This document shows, piece by piece, positions 9,233 through 17,869 of a stretch of DNA of 64,000 nucleotides. The stretch spans positions 15,214 to 79,213 of the forward strand of contig CALSML010000004.1 in NCBI GenBank assembly GCA_943787445.1. Reading direction: 5' to 3'. Positions within the stretch are counted from its first letter, which is position 1, and every line of letters begins with the position of its first letter. The notes below the pieces were generated by a model that worked only from the letters and a program-made list of their open reading frames with translations, was not told where the DNA came from and ran no database searches. The translations under genes and the position numbers were made by a program. The stretch is from an uncultured Alphaproteobacteria bacterium. GTDB taxonomy: Bacteria > Pseudomonadota > Alphaproteobacteria > UBA6615.

Positions 9233-10150
9233 TCACGTCCGGGCATGCGGGGCCTCGGTCATGTTGGTGAAAAGGCTGAGCATTGCTGGCTCGGGCGGGC
9301 CATTCGTCAGGTGGGTCCCATAGGTCCAGTTGGCACGCCGCGCAAAGGTGGCGAGGGTCGACTGCAGGCTGTCGAGACGTTCCAGGTAGGATTCGCGCAG
9401 GGATTCCGCGCGTCCGACCAGCAGTTCTCCTTCGGATTCCAGTCCTTCGAACCGGGTCCGTCCACGAAACGGCAGGCTGACCTCGCTGGGGTCGAGGATC
9501 TGCAGCAGATGCCCGCGCACACCGCGGGCCGCAATCCGTCCCAGCAGATCCATCAGCCGGTCCGTGTCGACCAGAAAGTCGCTGATCAGGACGACATTGC
9601 TGTGCCGGGGCAGCAGCGGGGGTGTTGGCAGATCGTCTCCGGACGGGTCCTGGCTCATGTCCCGCAGCACGCTCATGGAAATTCTGTCGAGGACGCTGCG
9701 TCCTGTTGCCGGCGATTCGGGCTTGTCCAGCAGCGCAACCCGTTCGCCGCCCCGGATCAGCAGGGATGCCAGCGCCAGGGTCAGAACCGCAGCCCGTTCC
9801 TGTTTCTGGGGCTGATTGCGCTGGGAACTGTACTGCATGGAGGCGGTCAGGTCGGGCCAGAGCCACACGCTCTGGGCGGCTTCCCATTCGTTCTGCCGGA
9901 CATAGAGCCGGTCCGACCGGGCGGAGCGTCGCCAGTCGATCTGCTGCGGGCTGTCGCCATATTCGAAGTGCCGGTACTGCCAGAAGGTTTCCCCCTGGCC
10001 GACCCGGCGGCGTCCATGGACTCCCTGCGCGACGGTGGATGCAACACGGTCGGCGGCCACCAGCAGCGCGGGAAAACTTGCCGCAACTTCCTCGCCGTGG
10101 GGGCGCGTTGGCGGCTCGGCTGCCGGGATGGTGTCTGCGGTGACGCTCAT
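9233..10150 (-). CDS. DUF58 domain-containing protein
   Basis: 305 aa with 'GETFWQYRHFEYGDSPQQIDWRRSAR' (the DUF58 core). It sits directly downstream of MoxR. Confidence 0.8.
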   Translation of the reverse strand: MSVTADTIPAAEPPTRPHGEEVAASFPALLVAADRVASTVAQGVHGRRRVGQGETFWQYRHFEYGDSPQQIDWRRSARSDRLYVRQNEWEAAQSVWLWPDLTASMQYSSQRNQPQKQERAAVLTLALASLLIRGGERVALLDKPESPATGRSVLDRISMSVLRDMSQDPSGDDLPTPPLLPRHSNVVLISDFLVDTDRLMDLLGRIAARGVRGHLLQILDPSEVSLPFRGRTRFEGLESEGELLVGRAESLRESYLERLDSLQSTLATFARRANWTYGTHLTNGPPEPAMLSLFTNMTEAPHART

Positions 10151-10175
10151 GATGGGCTGTGCGATTCCGTCTGTC

Positions 10176-11195
10176 CTACTGGAACGGATCGCAGAGGCGG
10201 TCGATCACGTCACCCAGTGTCCGGCCATCGGCCCGGGCAGCGAAGTTCAGGGCCATGCGGTGGCGCAGGATCGCGGGTGCCAGCGCCACGACATCATCGA
10301 TGGAAGGGGACACGCGGCCTTGCAGGAGCGCCCGCGCCCGTGTGGCCAGCATCAGGGCCTGACTGGCGCGCGGGCCCGGACCCCAGGCCACCCAATCATT
10401 GATTTCGGCGCGATCCGAAGTGCCCGGACGTCCCGAACGGACAAGGGCAAGGATTGCTTCGACCACGGATTCGCCAATGGGCAGGCGCCGGACCAGGCTC
10501 TGGGCCGCGATCAGCTGGGCGGGATACATCACCTGCACCGGGCTGGGGTCGTCCATGCCGGTCGTCACCAGCAGCATCTGACGTTCGGCCTCCACATCGG
10601 GATAGTCGACATTGACCTGCAGCAGGAAACGGTCGAGCTGGGCTTCGGGCAGTGGGTAGGTACCCTCCTGCTCGATCGGGTTCTGGGTCGCCAGAACATG
10701 AAAGGGCGAGGGCAGTTTGTGGGTCTGTCCCGCAACCGTGACTTCGCGTTCCTGCATCGCCTGTAGCAGCGCGGATTGCGTGCGCGGGCTGGCGCGGTTG
10801 ATTTCGTCGGCCATCAGGACCTGAGTGAAGATCGGGCCAGGAATGAAGCGGAAGGCGCGTCCATCGCCGGTCTCGTCGAGAATTTCCGACCCGACGATAT
10901 CGGCGGGCATCAGATCCGGGGTGCACTGGATGCGGCGGCTGTCGAGGCCGAGCACCGTGCCCAGGGTTTCGACCAGCCGCGTCTTGGCCAGACCCGGAAC
11001 GCCGAGCAGAAGAAGATGTCCGCCCGAGAGCAGGGTGATCAGGGTCTCATCGACGACATGCTCCTGTCCGAAGATGACGCGGCTGATACCGGTGCGCACG
11101 GCCGACATCTGCTCGCCAACCCGTTCGATATCTTCGAAGATGGAGTCGTTCGCTGTGGTGTCGGAATCGGGACGAAGGAGATCATCTGAAGGCAT
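10176..11195 (-). CDS. MoxR family AAA+ ATPase
   Basis: 339 aa with Walker A 'GVPGLAKT', Walker B 'LMADEINRA' and MoxR-type length and order. Confidence 0.9.
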   Translation of the reverse strand: MPSDDLLRPDSDTTANDSIFEDIERVGEQMSAVRTGISRVIFGQEHVVDETLITLLSGGHLLLLGVPGLAKTRLVETLGTVLGLDSRRIQCTPDLMPADIVGSEILDETGDGRAFRFIPGPIFTQVLMADEINRASPRTQSALLQAMQEREVTVAGQTHKLPSPFHVLATQNPIEQEGTYPLPEAQLDRFLLQVNVDYPDVEAERQMLLVTTGMDDPSPVQVMYPAQLIAAQSLVRRLPIGESVVEAILALVRSGRPGTSDRAEINDWVAWGPGPRASQALMLATRARALLQGRVSPSIDDVVALAPAILRHRMALNFAARADGRTLGDVIDRLCDPFQ

Positions 11196-11230
11196 TACAT
11201 TGCTCCTGCTGATGCTAGTGTGGGCACATC

Positions 11231-11851
11231 ATGTGTTCCGAATCCAGCAAGCCGGCCGAATCCGGCACTTCTTCTGCGGGTGACCCACAGGGGCTTTTCG
11301 AACGGATCGAAAACGCCCGGGAAACCACCCGAACCAAACGCGCGCCCATCGTTTCCGGTCACTTTGACATGCGGATCACGGGCGACGGGACATGGCATTA
11401 TTGCGGCTCCCCAATCCACCGTAAACCGCTGGTCACGCTGTTTTCATCAGTTCTCAAACGCGACGGTGACGGCCAGTTCTGGCTAGAAACACCTGTTGAG
11501 CGTGGCCGGATCGATGTTGATGATGCGCCCTTTACGGCTGTGGACATGAATGTGGAAGGCGAGGGCCCGGATCAGAAGCTCATATTCCGGACCAATCTTG
11601 ACGAAACCATGACGGCGGGCGCTGCCCATCCGATCCGGATCGCATTTGACGAATCGACCGGGGAACCCTCTCCGTACATTCTGGTCCGTGATCGCCTGGA
11701 AGCGTTGCTGACGCGCGCGGTTTACTACGCGCTGGCGGAGTTGGTTGTTACAGATTCGGTCAGTGGAAATCTGGGTGTGTGGAGTGATGGCATATTCTTC
11801 GTTCTCGGACCGGGTGACGAAATTACGGATATGCAGGGATCATCGGTTTGA
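11231..11851 (+). CDS. DUF1285 domain-containing protein
   Basis: 206 aa with 'MRITGDGTWHYCGSPIHRKPLVTLFSSVL'. Divergent from moxR and followed by Nudix and CCA genes. Confidence 0.8.
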   Translation: MCSESSKPAESGTSSAGDPQGLFERIENARETTRTKRAPIVSGHFDMRITGDGTWHYCGSPIHRKPLVTLFSSVLKRDGDGQFWLETPVERGRIDVDDAPFTAVDMNVEGEGPDQKLIFRTNLDETMTAGAAHPIRIAFDESTGEPSPYILVRDRLEALLTRAVYYALAELVVTDSVSGNLGVWSDGIFFVLGPGDEITDMQGSSV

Positions 11852-12555
11852 AACGTGAACATGTCATCGAGCGCGTGCGGGACGCCCAGAACAATCTGGC
11901 GCGCCGCAGCAGCATGGGGGCGGCGCTCACGCAGATGCTTGGGGACAACCCGTCCCATGATCCGGATGCGGCCGGATCGGATGTTCTTGCCAAACATCGC
12001 GGCGATCACGACCTGAACGAAATTGGCATGCGTCCGCCGCCGCCTTTGGTGCCAGCCGCCGTGTTGGTGCCGCTGGTATCCCGGGAGGATGGCTTCACGA
12101 TATTGCTGACCGAACGCGCCGCTGATATGCGCGCCCATGCCGGGCAGATCAGTTTCCCTGGTGGCCGGATCGATCCCGAAGATGCTACCCCCGAGCATGC
12201 CGCGCTGCGGGAAGCTCATGAAGAGATCGGCATGCCCCATGACTCGGCAGAGATCATCGGCCGGCTGGACACCTATGAAGTACGCACGGGTTTTGCGGTC
12301 ACCCCTGTGGTTGGGTTGATCGAGCCGGGATTCGAGATGGTCTATGAACCCGGTGAAGTCGCCGATGTCTTCGAAGTGCCCTTGGCGTTCATTCTCGATC
12401 CGGCGAACCATGAACGCCACAACCGGCTGATCCGGGGCAAGCGGCGTTACTTTTATGTGCTGCCCTTCGAGGAACGCTACATCTGGGGGGCGACCGCGGG
12501 TATGCTGATCAACCTCTACGAAGTTCTGACAGGACAAAAGGCACGCTGGCGCTAG
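11848..12555 (+). CDS. CoA pyrophosphatase (Nudix hydrolase)
   Basis: Nudix box 'GGRIDPEDATPEHAALREAHEEIGM'. The start is uncertain: TTG at 11848 overlaps the upstream stop, and an ATG at 11914 is an alternative. Confidence 0.75.
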   Translation: MKREHVIERVRDAQNNLARRSSMGAALTQMLGDNPSHDPDAAGSDVLAKHRGDHDLNEIGMRPPPPLVPAAVLVPLVSREDGFTILLTERAADMRAHAGQISFPGGRIDPEDATPEHAALREAHEEIGMPHDSAEIIGRLDTYEVRTGFAVTPVVGLIEPGFEMVYEPGEVADVFEVPLAFILDPANHERHNRLIRGKRRYFYVLPFEERYIWGATAGMLINLYEVLTGQKARWR

Positions 12556-12580
12556 ATTCGCGCAGCTGTGTCGCAACAAG

Positions 12581-13825
12581 ATGACGCCCGCTACCACCAT
12601 AGCCCTGCAATCCTGGATGTCCGATCCCGGCGCACAGGAGATTCTGGCCGTGCTCGCCATGGCGGACACACCCGCCGCGCTGTTCGTGGGCGGCTGTGTG
12701 CGCGATGCCCTGCTCGGGCGTGAGGTGACGGATGTGGATATCGCAACGATCCATGCGCCCGAAGAGGTGGTGCGTCGTCTGGATGCCGCCGGAATCGGCT
12801 ATCACACAATCGGCGCGGACCATGGCACGGTCGGTGCCCATGCCGGGGAGCGCACCTACGAGATCACGACACTGCGCGTCGATGTGGAAACCGATGGTCG
12901 CCATGCCACCGTTGCCTATACCGATGACTGGGCGCTGGATGCGGCGCGTCGCGACTTTACCATGAACGCGCTCTACGCTGATGGTGCGGGAAACATCCAT
13001 GATCCTCTCGGCGGGATGGATGACCTGACGGCCCGGCTTGTGCGTTTCATCGGTGATCCCCATGACCGCATTCGCGAAGACGCGCTGCGGATCCTGAGGT
13101 TCTTCCGTTTCAATGCGCAGCTGGACAATACGGAGCTGGACGAAGCGGGGCTGGCCGCGTGCATATCCCATGCGCCGATGCTTGCCGGACTGTCCGGTGA
13201 GCGCGTTCGTGACGAATTGCGCAAGCTCCTGTTGTCACAGAGTCCCGCTCGGGTATTTGCTGTCTTCGCAACTCACGACCTGTTGGATGATGCCCTGTCC
13301 TCCTTGCACGATGTGGCGGGGCTTGTCGCACTGACCCGGATTGAAGACCAGCACACCGCGCCGGATTTCGTGCGCCGGCTTTGCGCGCTGATGGGCGATG
13401 CTTCTGATCCACAACCGGTGGCGACCCGGTTGCGCCTGTCGAGGGCAGAGACACAGAAGCTGGAATTTCTGGGCCAGCGACGCCGTGATCTCGAACCAGC
13501 CATGCCGGCCGAATTACAACGCCGGCAGCTATTCCGGTTGGGGCCGGAGGCCTGGCGCGATCAGGTCCTGCTCAACTGGGCCGCGGATACGAGGCATGCG
13601 GATGCGAACCGCACCGGGGCCTGGGTTGCGCTGCTGAGTCTGCCCGAAACCTGGCCCGTTCCCGTTTTTCCGTTGCGGGGCAGCGATGTCCTGCCGCTGG
13701 GCGTTGCGCCGGGTCCGGAGATCAGCCGCTTGCTGACCGCGGTCGAAAACTGGTGGATCGACGGGGGATTCGTCGCTGACCGGAAGGCCTGTCTGGCCGC
13801 GCTGACACAACAGGTGCAGGCCTGA
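12581..13825 (+). CDS. cca: CCA tRNA nucleotidyltransferase (poly(A) polymerase head-domain family)
   Basis: 414 aa with 'GGCVRDALLGREVTDVDIAT' and 'RRDFTMNALY' motifs. Confidence 0.8.
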   Translation: MTPATTIALQSWMSDPGAQEILAVLAMADTPAALFVGGCVRDALLGREVTDVDIATIHAPEEVVRRLDAAGIGYHTIGADHGTVGAHAGERTYEITTLRVDVETDGRHATVAYTDDWALDAARRDFTMNALYADGAGNIHDPLGGMDDLTARLVRFIGDPHDRIREDALRILRFFRFNAQLDNTELDEAGLAACISHAPMLAGLSGERVRDELRKLLLSQSPARVFAVFATHDLLDDALSSLHDVAGLVALTRIEDQHTAPDFVRRLCALMGDASDPQPVATRLRLSRAETQKLEFLGQRRRDLEPAMPAELQRRQLFRLGPEAWRDQVLLNWAADTRHADANRTGAWVALLSLPETWPVPVFPLRGSDVLPLGVAPGPEISRLLTAVENWWIDGGFVADRKACLAALTQQVQA

Positions 13826-13829
13826 GCTT

Positions 13830-14825
13830 CTACTTGTCGGGTTCGACCACGACTGTGCCTAGCTTGCTGTCGCTCTCGACAAATTTATGCGCTGCCGCAC
13901 ATTCGGCGAGCGGGAAAGTACCGGCCACCGTATGGATGGCGCGGCCGGCAGCAGGGTCTTCGACCAGCCAGTCTGCAATATCGGCACGGGCCTGATCGAT
14001 GGCTGCGCGGGGCACACTGTGGAGCACCATGAAGCGCACCACCGCGTTCTTCAGTGCCATGCGCAGCAACAGATTCTGTGCATCCCCGCTCGAAGCATAG
14101 GTCGAGATCATGCCCTCGGATTTGAGGACGGTGCTGCTCAATCCCAGATTGGCGGCCAGATCGACCTCGATGATCCGGTCGACGCCGGCACCCTCGGTCA
14201 GATCCATGATCTGCGTGGCGGCATCGTCGTCACGGTAATTGACGATGTGAACTGCGCCGCCGGCAACCGCATGGGCAGCCTTCTCGTCGGAGCTCACCGT
14301 GGCGATCACTCTTGCACCGCCACGTCGCGCCCATTGCACGGCGTAGTGTCCCACCGCGCCCGCACCACCATTGATCAGCAATGTCTTTCCCGTGACCGGA
14401 CCATCGGCAAAGACATTGCGATGGGCGGTCATGCAGGGAATGCCGAGACAGGCGCCTTCGGCAAAGCTGAGATGATCGGGCAAAGGGGCCACCAGCCAGG
14501 CATCCAGAGCGATATATTCGGCTGCCGTACCAAAGGCACGTCCGCCGCGTTGACCGTTGAACAGCCAGACTCGCTGTCCCAGCAAGCCGGGATCGGCGCC
14601 TTCGCCCACCTGATCGACTATGCCCGCACCATCGCTGTTGGGAATAATGCGGGGGTGTTCCAGCCCATAGGTCCCCAGGCCGCGTCGTTTCGCATCAGCG
14701 GGATTGACGCCGGATGCCGAAAGCTTCACCCGAACTTCGCCGGGCCCGGCTTCGGGAGCGTCCATATCGCCGACGACAAGAACGTCATCGGCGGGACCGA
14801 GTTCTTCGTACCAGACAGATTTCAT
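13830..14825 (-). CDS. NADPH:quinone reductase-like medium-chain dehydrogenase
   Basis: 'LINGGAGAVGHYAVQ' Rossmann motif. I chose the start at 'MKSVWYEELGP' (cat 14823-14825). Confidence 0.8.
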   Translation of the reverse strand: MKSVWYEELGPADDVLVVGDMDAPEAGPGEVRVKLSASGVNPADAKRRGLGTYGLEHPRIIPNSDGAGIVDQVGEGADPGLLGQRVWLFNGQRGGRAFGTAAEYIALDAWLVAPLPDHLSFAEGACLGIPCMTAHRNVFADGPVTGKTLLINGGAGAVGHYAVQWARRGGARVIATVSSDEKAAHAVAGGAVHIVNYRDDDAATQIMDLTEGAGVDRIIEVDLAANLGLSSTVLKSEGMISTYASSGDAQNLLLRMALKNAVVRFMVLHSVPRAAIDQARADIADWLVEDPAAGRAIHTVAGTFPLAECAAAHKFVESDSKLGTVVVEPDK

Positions 14826-14962
14826 TGCGCGTGCTCTTGTTAAAGGCCGAGATGCCAAGTTTCGCCGATCCACGGGCGTGTGTCTTGTGGGCGGATCGCC
14901 ATTTTGCGGTTGGAGCTGACCAGATGGGAGTGCCAGAATACCTGTAAAGAGGTGGTGGTTTC

Positions 14963-16252
14963 ATGACGGACTCCATGAATGCTGGCGCAGGTGGCGTCTT
15001 GATCAACGGTGAGTCCGGCGATTTGCAGCGCCCCGGCGGCTCCGATGCGATCGAATTTCGTGGTGAATGCAAGCCTCTGGCCGGGATCATCGTCAAAAAT
15101 ATGCTGCTGACAATCATCACCTTCAGCATCTATCGGTTCTGGGCGCGGACCAATATCCGGAAATACTACTGGAGCAACACGCTCCTGCTGGGGGACCGGC
15201 TCGAATATACTGGCCGCGGCGGAGAGTTGTTTGTAGGGTTCCTGATCGTGATGGCGATCCTGGTACCCGTGAGTATCGTCTATCAGATCATCGAGGTGTT
15301 TCTGCTGACGCGATATCCGGATGTCGGCTTCATTGTTACCCTTGTCTATTTCGTCGGGTTCATCTGGCTCATCCATTTCGCCTTTTTTCGCGCGCGCCGC
15401 TATCGCCTGACACGGACGGTCTGGCGCGGCATTCACGCGGGCCAGACCGGGTCGGGCGTAAAATATGCAACGCGCGCTTTGTTATGGGGCTTTGCGTCCA
15501 TCCTGACTCTGGGGCTCTCCGTTCCTTGGGGGCATGTGGCCCTGCAGCGATATGAAATCACCAATGCCCAGTTTGGCAGAACCGCATTCGGCTATGCCGG
15601 GCGGGCCCGGGAGGTGTTTCGCCTGTGGTGGCCGGTCCTGGCGCTGATGGGCGTGGCCCTAGTGTACTGGGGTGTGTTGATCGGTCTCAATCAATCCATC
15701 GGCCCGAGCCGGGCGGCAATCGACAATCCGGATCCGGATGTGAGTGCAGCGGCGGCGAGGGCGTTTCTGGAATTCTGGGCCATCCTGCTGGCGCCCGGGC
15801 TGGTTGTCTGGATACTTGCGATAGCGTTTATGGTCCGGTTTCGGATTGCCCTGATCCGATATTTGTTCAACGTCCTTTCTCTGGCAGGTGCCCGGTTTGA
15901 ATCGTCCCTGAGCATCTGGCGCATTGTCGGTTACTGCACGGTCGCATTCGTGCCGCTCCTACTGGTTCTGGTTTCGCTGTTGATCATCGTGTTTGTTGTC
16001 GCAAACTCCGGGACATACCAATTGGGCGGGCTGGGCTTGCCGCTTGGTCTGATCGTGTTTTTTGGCTTTTTCTTTTTGCCGCAACTGATGGTTCATTTGC
16101 TGTTCTACGTTCCACTTATTCGCCACATCTCAGAAACCCTGACAATCGAAAACGCTGAAGAAGTTGAAACTATTGTTCAGGGCGTGCGAGACGATCCGCG
16201 CTTTGGCGAAGGTCTTGTCGATGCCTTCTCCTTTGACGTTGGCGCGATCTGA
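14963..16252 (+). CDS. DUF898 (YjgN-like) multi-pass membrane protein
   Basis: 429 aa with many TM helices and 'TFSIYRFWARTNIRKYYWSNT' typical of DUF898. Confidence 0.75.
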   Translation: MTDSMNAGAGGVLINGESGDLQRPGGSDAIEFRGECKPLAGIIVKNMLLTIITFSIYRFWARTNIRKYYWSNTLLLGDRLEYTGRGGELFVGFLIVMAILVPVSIVYQIIEVFLLTRYPDVGFIVTLVYFVGFIWLIHFAFFRARRYRLTRTVWRGIHAGQTGSGVKYATRALLWGFASILTLGLSVPWGHVALQRYEITNAQFGRTAFGYAGRAREVFRLWWPVLALMGVALVYWGVLIGLNQSIGPSRAAIDNPDPDVSAAAARAFLEFWAILLAPGLVVWILAIAFMVRFRIALIRYLFNVLSLAGARFESSLSIWRIVGYCTVAFVPLLLVLVSLLIIVFVVANSGTYQLGGLGLPLGLIVFFGFFFLPQLMVHLLFYVPLIRHISETLTIENAEEVETIVQGVRDDPRFGEGLVDAFSFDVGAI

Positions 16253-16260
16253 CCCCGGAT

Positions 16261-17367
16261 ATGCATGCTTTCCCGGCACGATATTTTGACGGGGTGACCG
16301 CCCGTCCCACGGATGTCGAAATTCAGATTGACGGGGACGGGGTGAGCATCCGGGAGCTTGCCGGGGGGCGTGTCCTTGGCGTCTGGCCGGCGGATGAAGT
16401 GCGGCTGGTCGAACGTCCGCGGCCTGGTTCGGCGCTGCGCCTGCGCCGGGACAGTCACGGTGCTGAACGGTTGTTACTGGCCGATGATCGCGCGCTGATT
16501 GACCTGCGTGCGAACTGCCCGAAACTGAATCGCCTGCATGGGGGTTTTCGCAACAGCTGGCGTCCCATCCTGATCTGGGGAAGTGCAGCAGCTGTGTCTG
16601 TCGCGTTCATCTTTTTTGTCGCAATTCCTGTTCTGGCTGAGCGTGCCGCGAGCTGGATTCCTCAGGAAGTCGAAGATGAAATGGGCGCGCGTGTGGCAGA
16701 TCAGATGGCAGGTCTCTTTTCCCAAGACAGCGAGGAGAACCTCTACTGCTCAACGCCCGAGGGTGATATCGCTCTCCAACGCATGGTCGACGCCCTGCGC
16801 GACAAAATTGACTATGCCGGGGTGGTCTCGGTTCGTGTTGTGCCCACCCCGGTCGTCAACGCGTTTGCACTGCCCGGTGGTCAGATTTTACTCTTCGATG
16901 GACTTCTGGATTTTGCCAAAGATGCGGAAGCGGTCGCGGGTGTGCTGGCCCATGAATTTGGTCATGTGGAACATCGACATCCCCTGAAAGTGTTTCTGAA
17001 GAATGCGGGCGCCGGTGCGCTTCTGGGCCTGTTGCTGGGTGATGTGTCGGGTGGTGCGATTATCGTTCTTGCGTCTCAGTTATACCTTCGGGCGAGCTAC
17101 GGGCAGGAGGCTGAGCGTGAAGCCGATGACGTTGCAATTCGGGTGCTCAATGAAAGCGGAATTCGCGGGGGTACCTATGCAGAATTCTTTGCCCAGTTAC
17201 GAGACAAACACGGCGGCTTGCCCGACGAGCTGGCCCTGTTCAGCACCCATCCGGAGAATGAGGAACGCGAAGCCCATGTGCGTGCGTCGAGCACGGGACG
17301 CGGGTCCGTGTTGAGCGACGGGGACTGGGATGCGCTGCGGCACATTTGCGACACGGATGCGGATTGA
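16261..17367 (+). CDS. M48 family zinc metallopeptidase
   Basis: 368 aa with 'HEFGHVEHRH' (HEXXH) and a downstream 'EREAD'. It lies 8 nt after the DUF898 gene. Confidence 0.8.
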   Translation: MHAFPARYFDGVTARPTDVEIQIDGDGVSIRELAGGRVLGVWPADEVRLVERPRPGSALRLRRDSHGAERLLLADDRALIDLRANCPKLNRLHGGFRNSWRPILIWGSAAAVSVAFIFFVAIPVLAERAASWIPQEVEDEMGARVADQMAGLFSQDSEENLYCSTPEGDIALQRMVDALRDKIDYAGVVSVRVVPTPVVNAFALPGGQILLFDGLLDFAKDAEAVAGVLAHEFGHVEHRHPLKVFLKNAGAGALLGLLLGDVSGGAIIVLASQLYLRASYGQEAEREADDVAIRVLNESGIRGGTYAEFFAQLRDKHGGLPDELALFSTHPENEEREAHVRASSTGRGSVLSDGDWDALRHICDTDAD

Positions 17368-17445
17368 CGCTGCCGCGTCGTGCATGAAGGGGGTGAGCCA
17401 TGGGCCGGATCGGGTTAGGGTTGGTCGTCCGAAACCCTGCCAGAA

Positions 17446-17869
17446 ATGAGCGTCCTGATGTTCCAGCTTCACCCGCAACTTGCTGCCGACACCGTTCCGG
17501 TGGCGACCTGGCCGCTCTGTCAGCTCCTGCTGATCAAGGATGCGAATTACCCCTGGCTGGTGCTGGTTCCCGCGCGGGATGACTTGCGGGATCTCGATGA
17601 TCTCGCGCCCGGATGACCTGCAGCAGCGCCAGTGCGGAAATCGTCCGGGCCAGCCGGGCACTGAAAACCGTATTCACGCCTGACAAGATCAATGTGGGCG
17701 CGCTGGGCAATATGGTGCCGCAGCTGCACATTCATGTGATCGCGCGGTTTGCCGATGACCCGGCCTGGCCGCAGCCGGTCTGGGGCGTGGTGCCCGCGCT
17801 GCCCTATACGGCGGATGCGCTCGAATCGCCGGCTGACGTCTCTTGCGGGACGCATTCGGGGCGTCGTGA
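17446..17869 (+). pseudogene. HIT family protein, frame-disrupted
   Basis: 'MSVLMFQLHPQL...YPWLVLVPAR' runs into TGA at 17612-17614. The histidine triad '[11 protein letters not shown]' lies in another frame (ORF 17613..17897). The 3' end is uncertain. Confidence 0.6.

Noticed and set aside
8922-10402. Long overlapping ORFs 8922..9887 (-) and 9056..10402 (+)
   Set aside because: These are off-frame or antisense shadows of the DUF4159 and DUF58 genes. Their composition is dominated by Arg, Pro and Gly.
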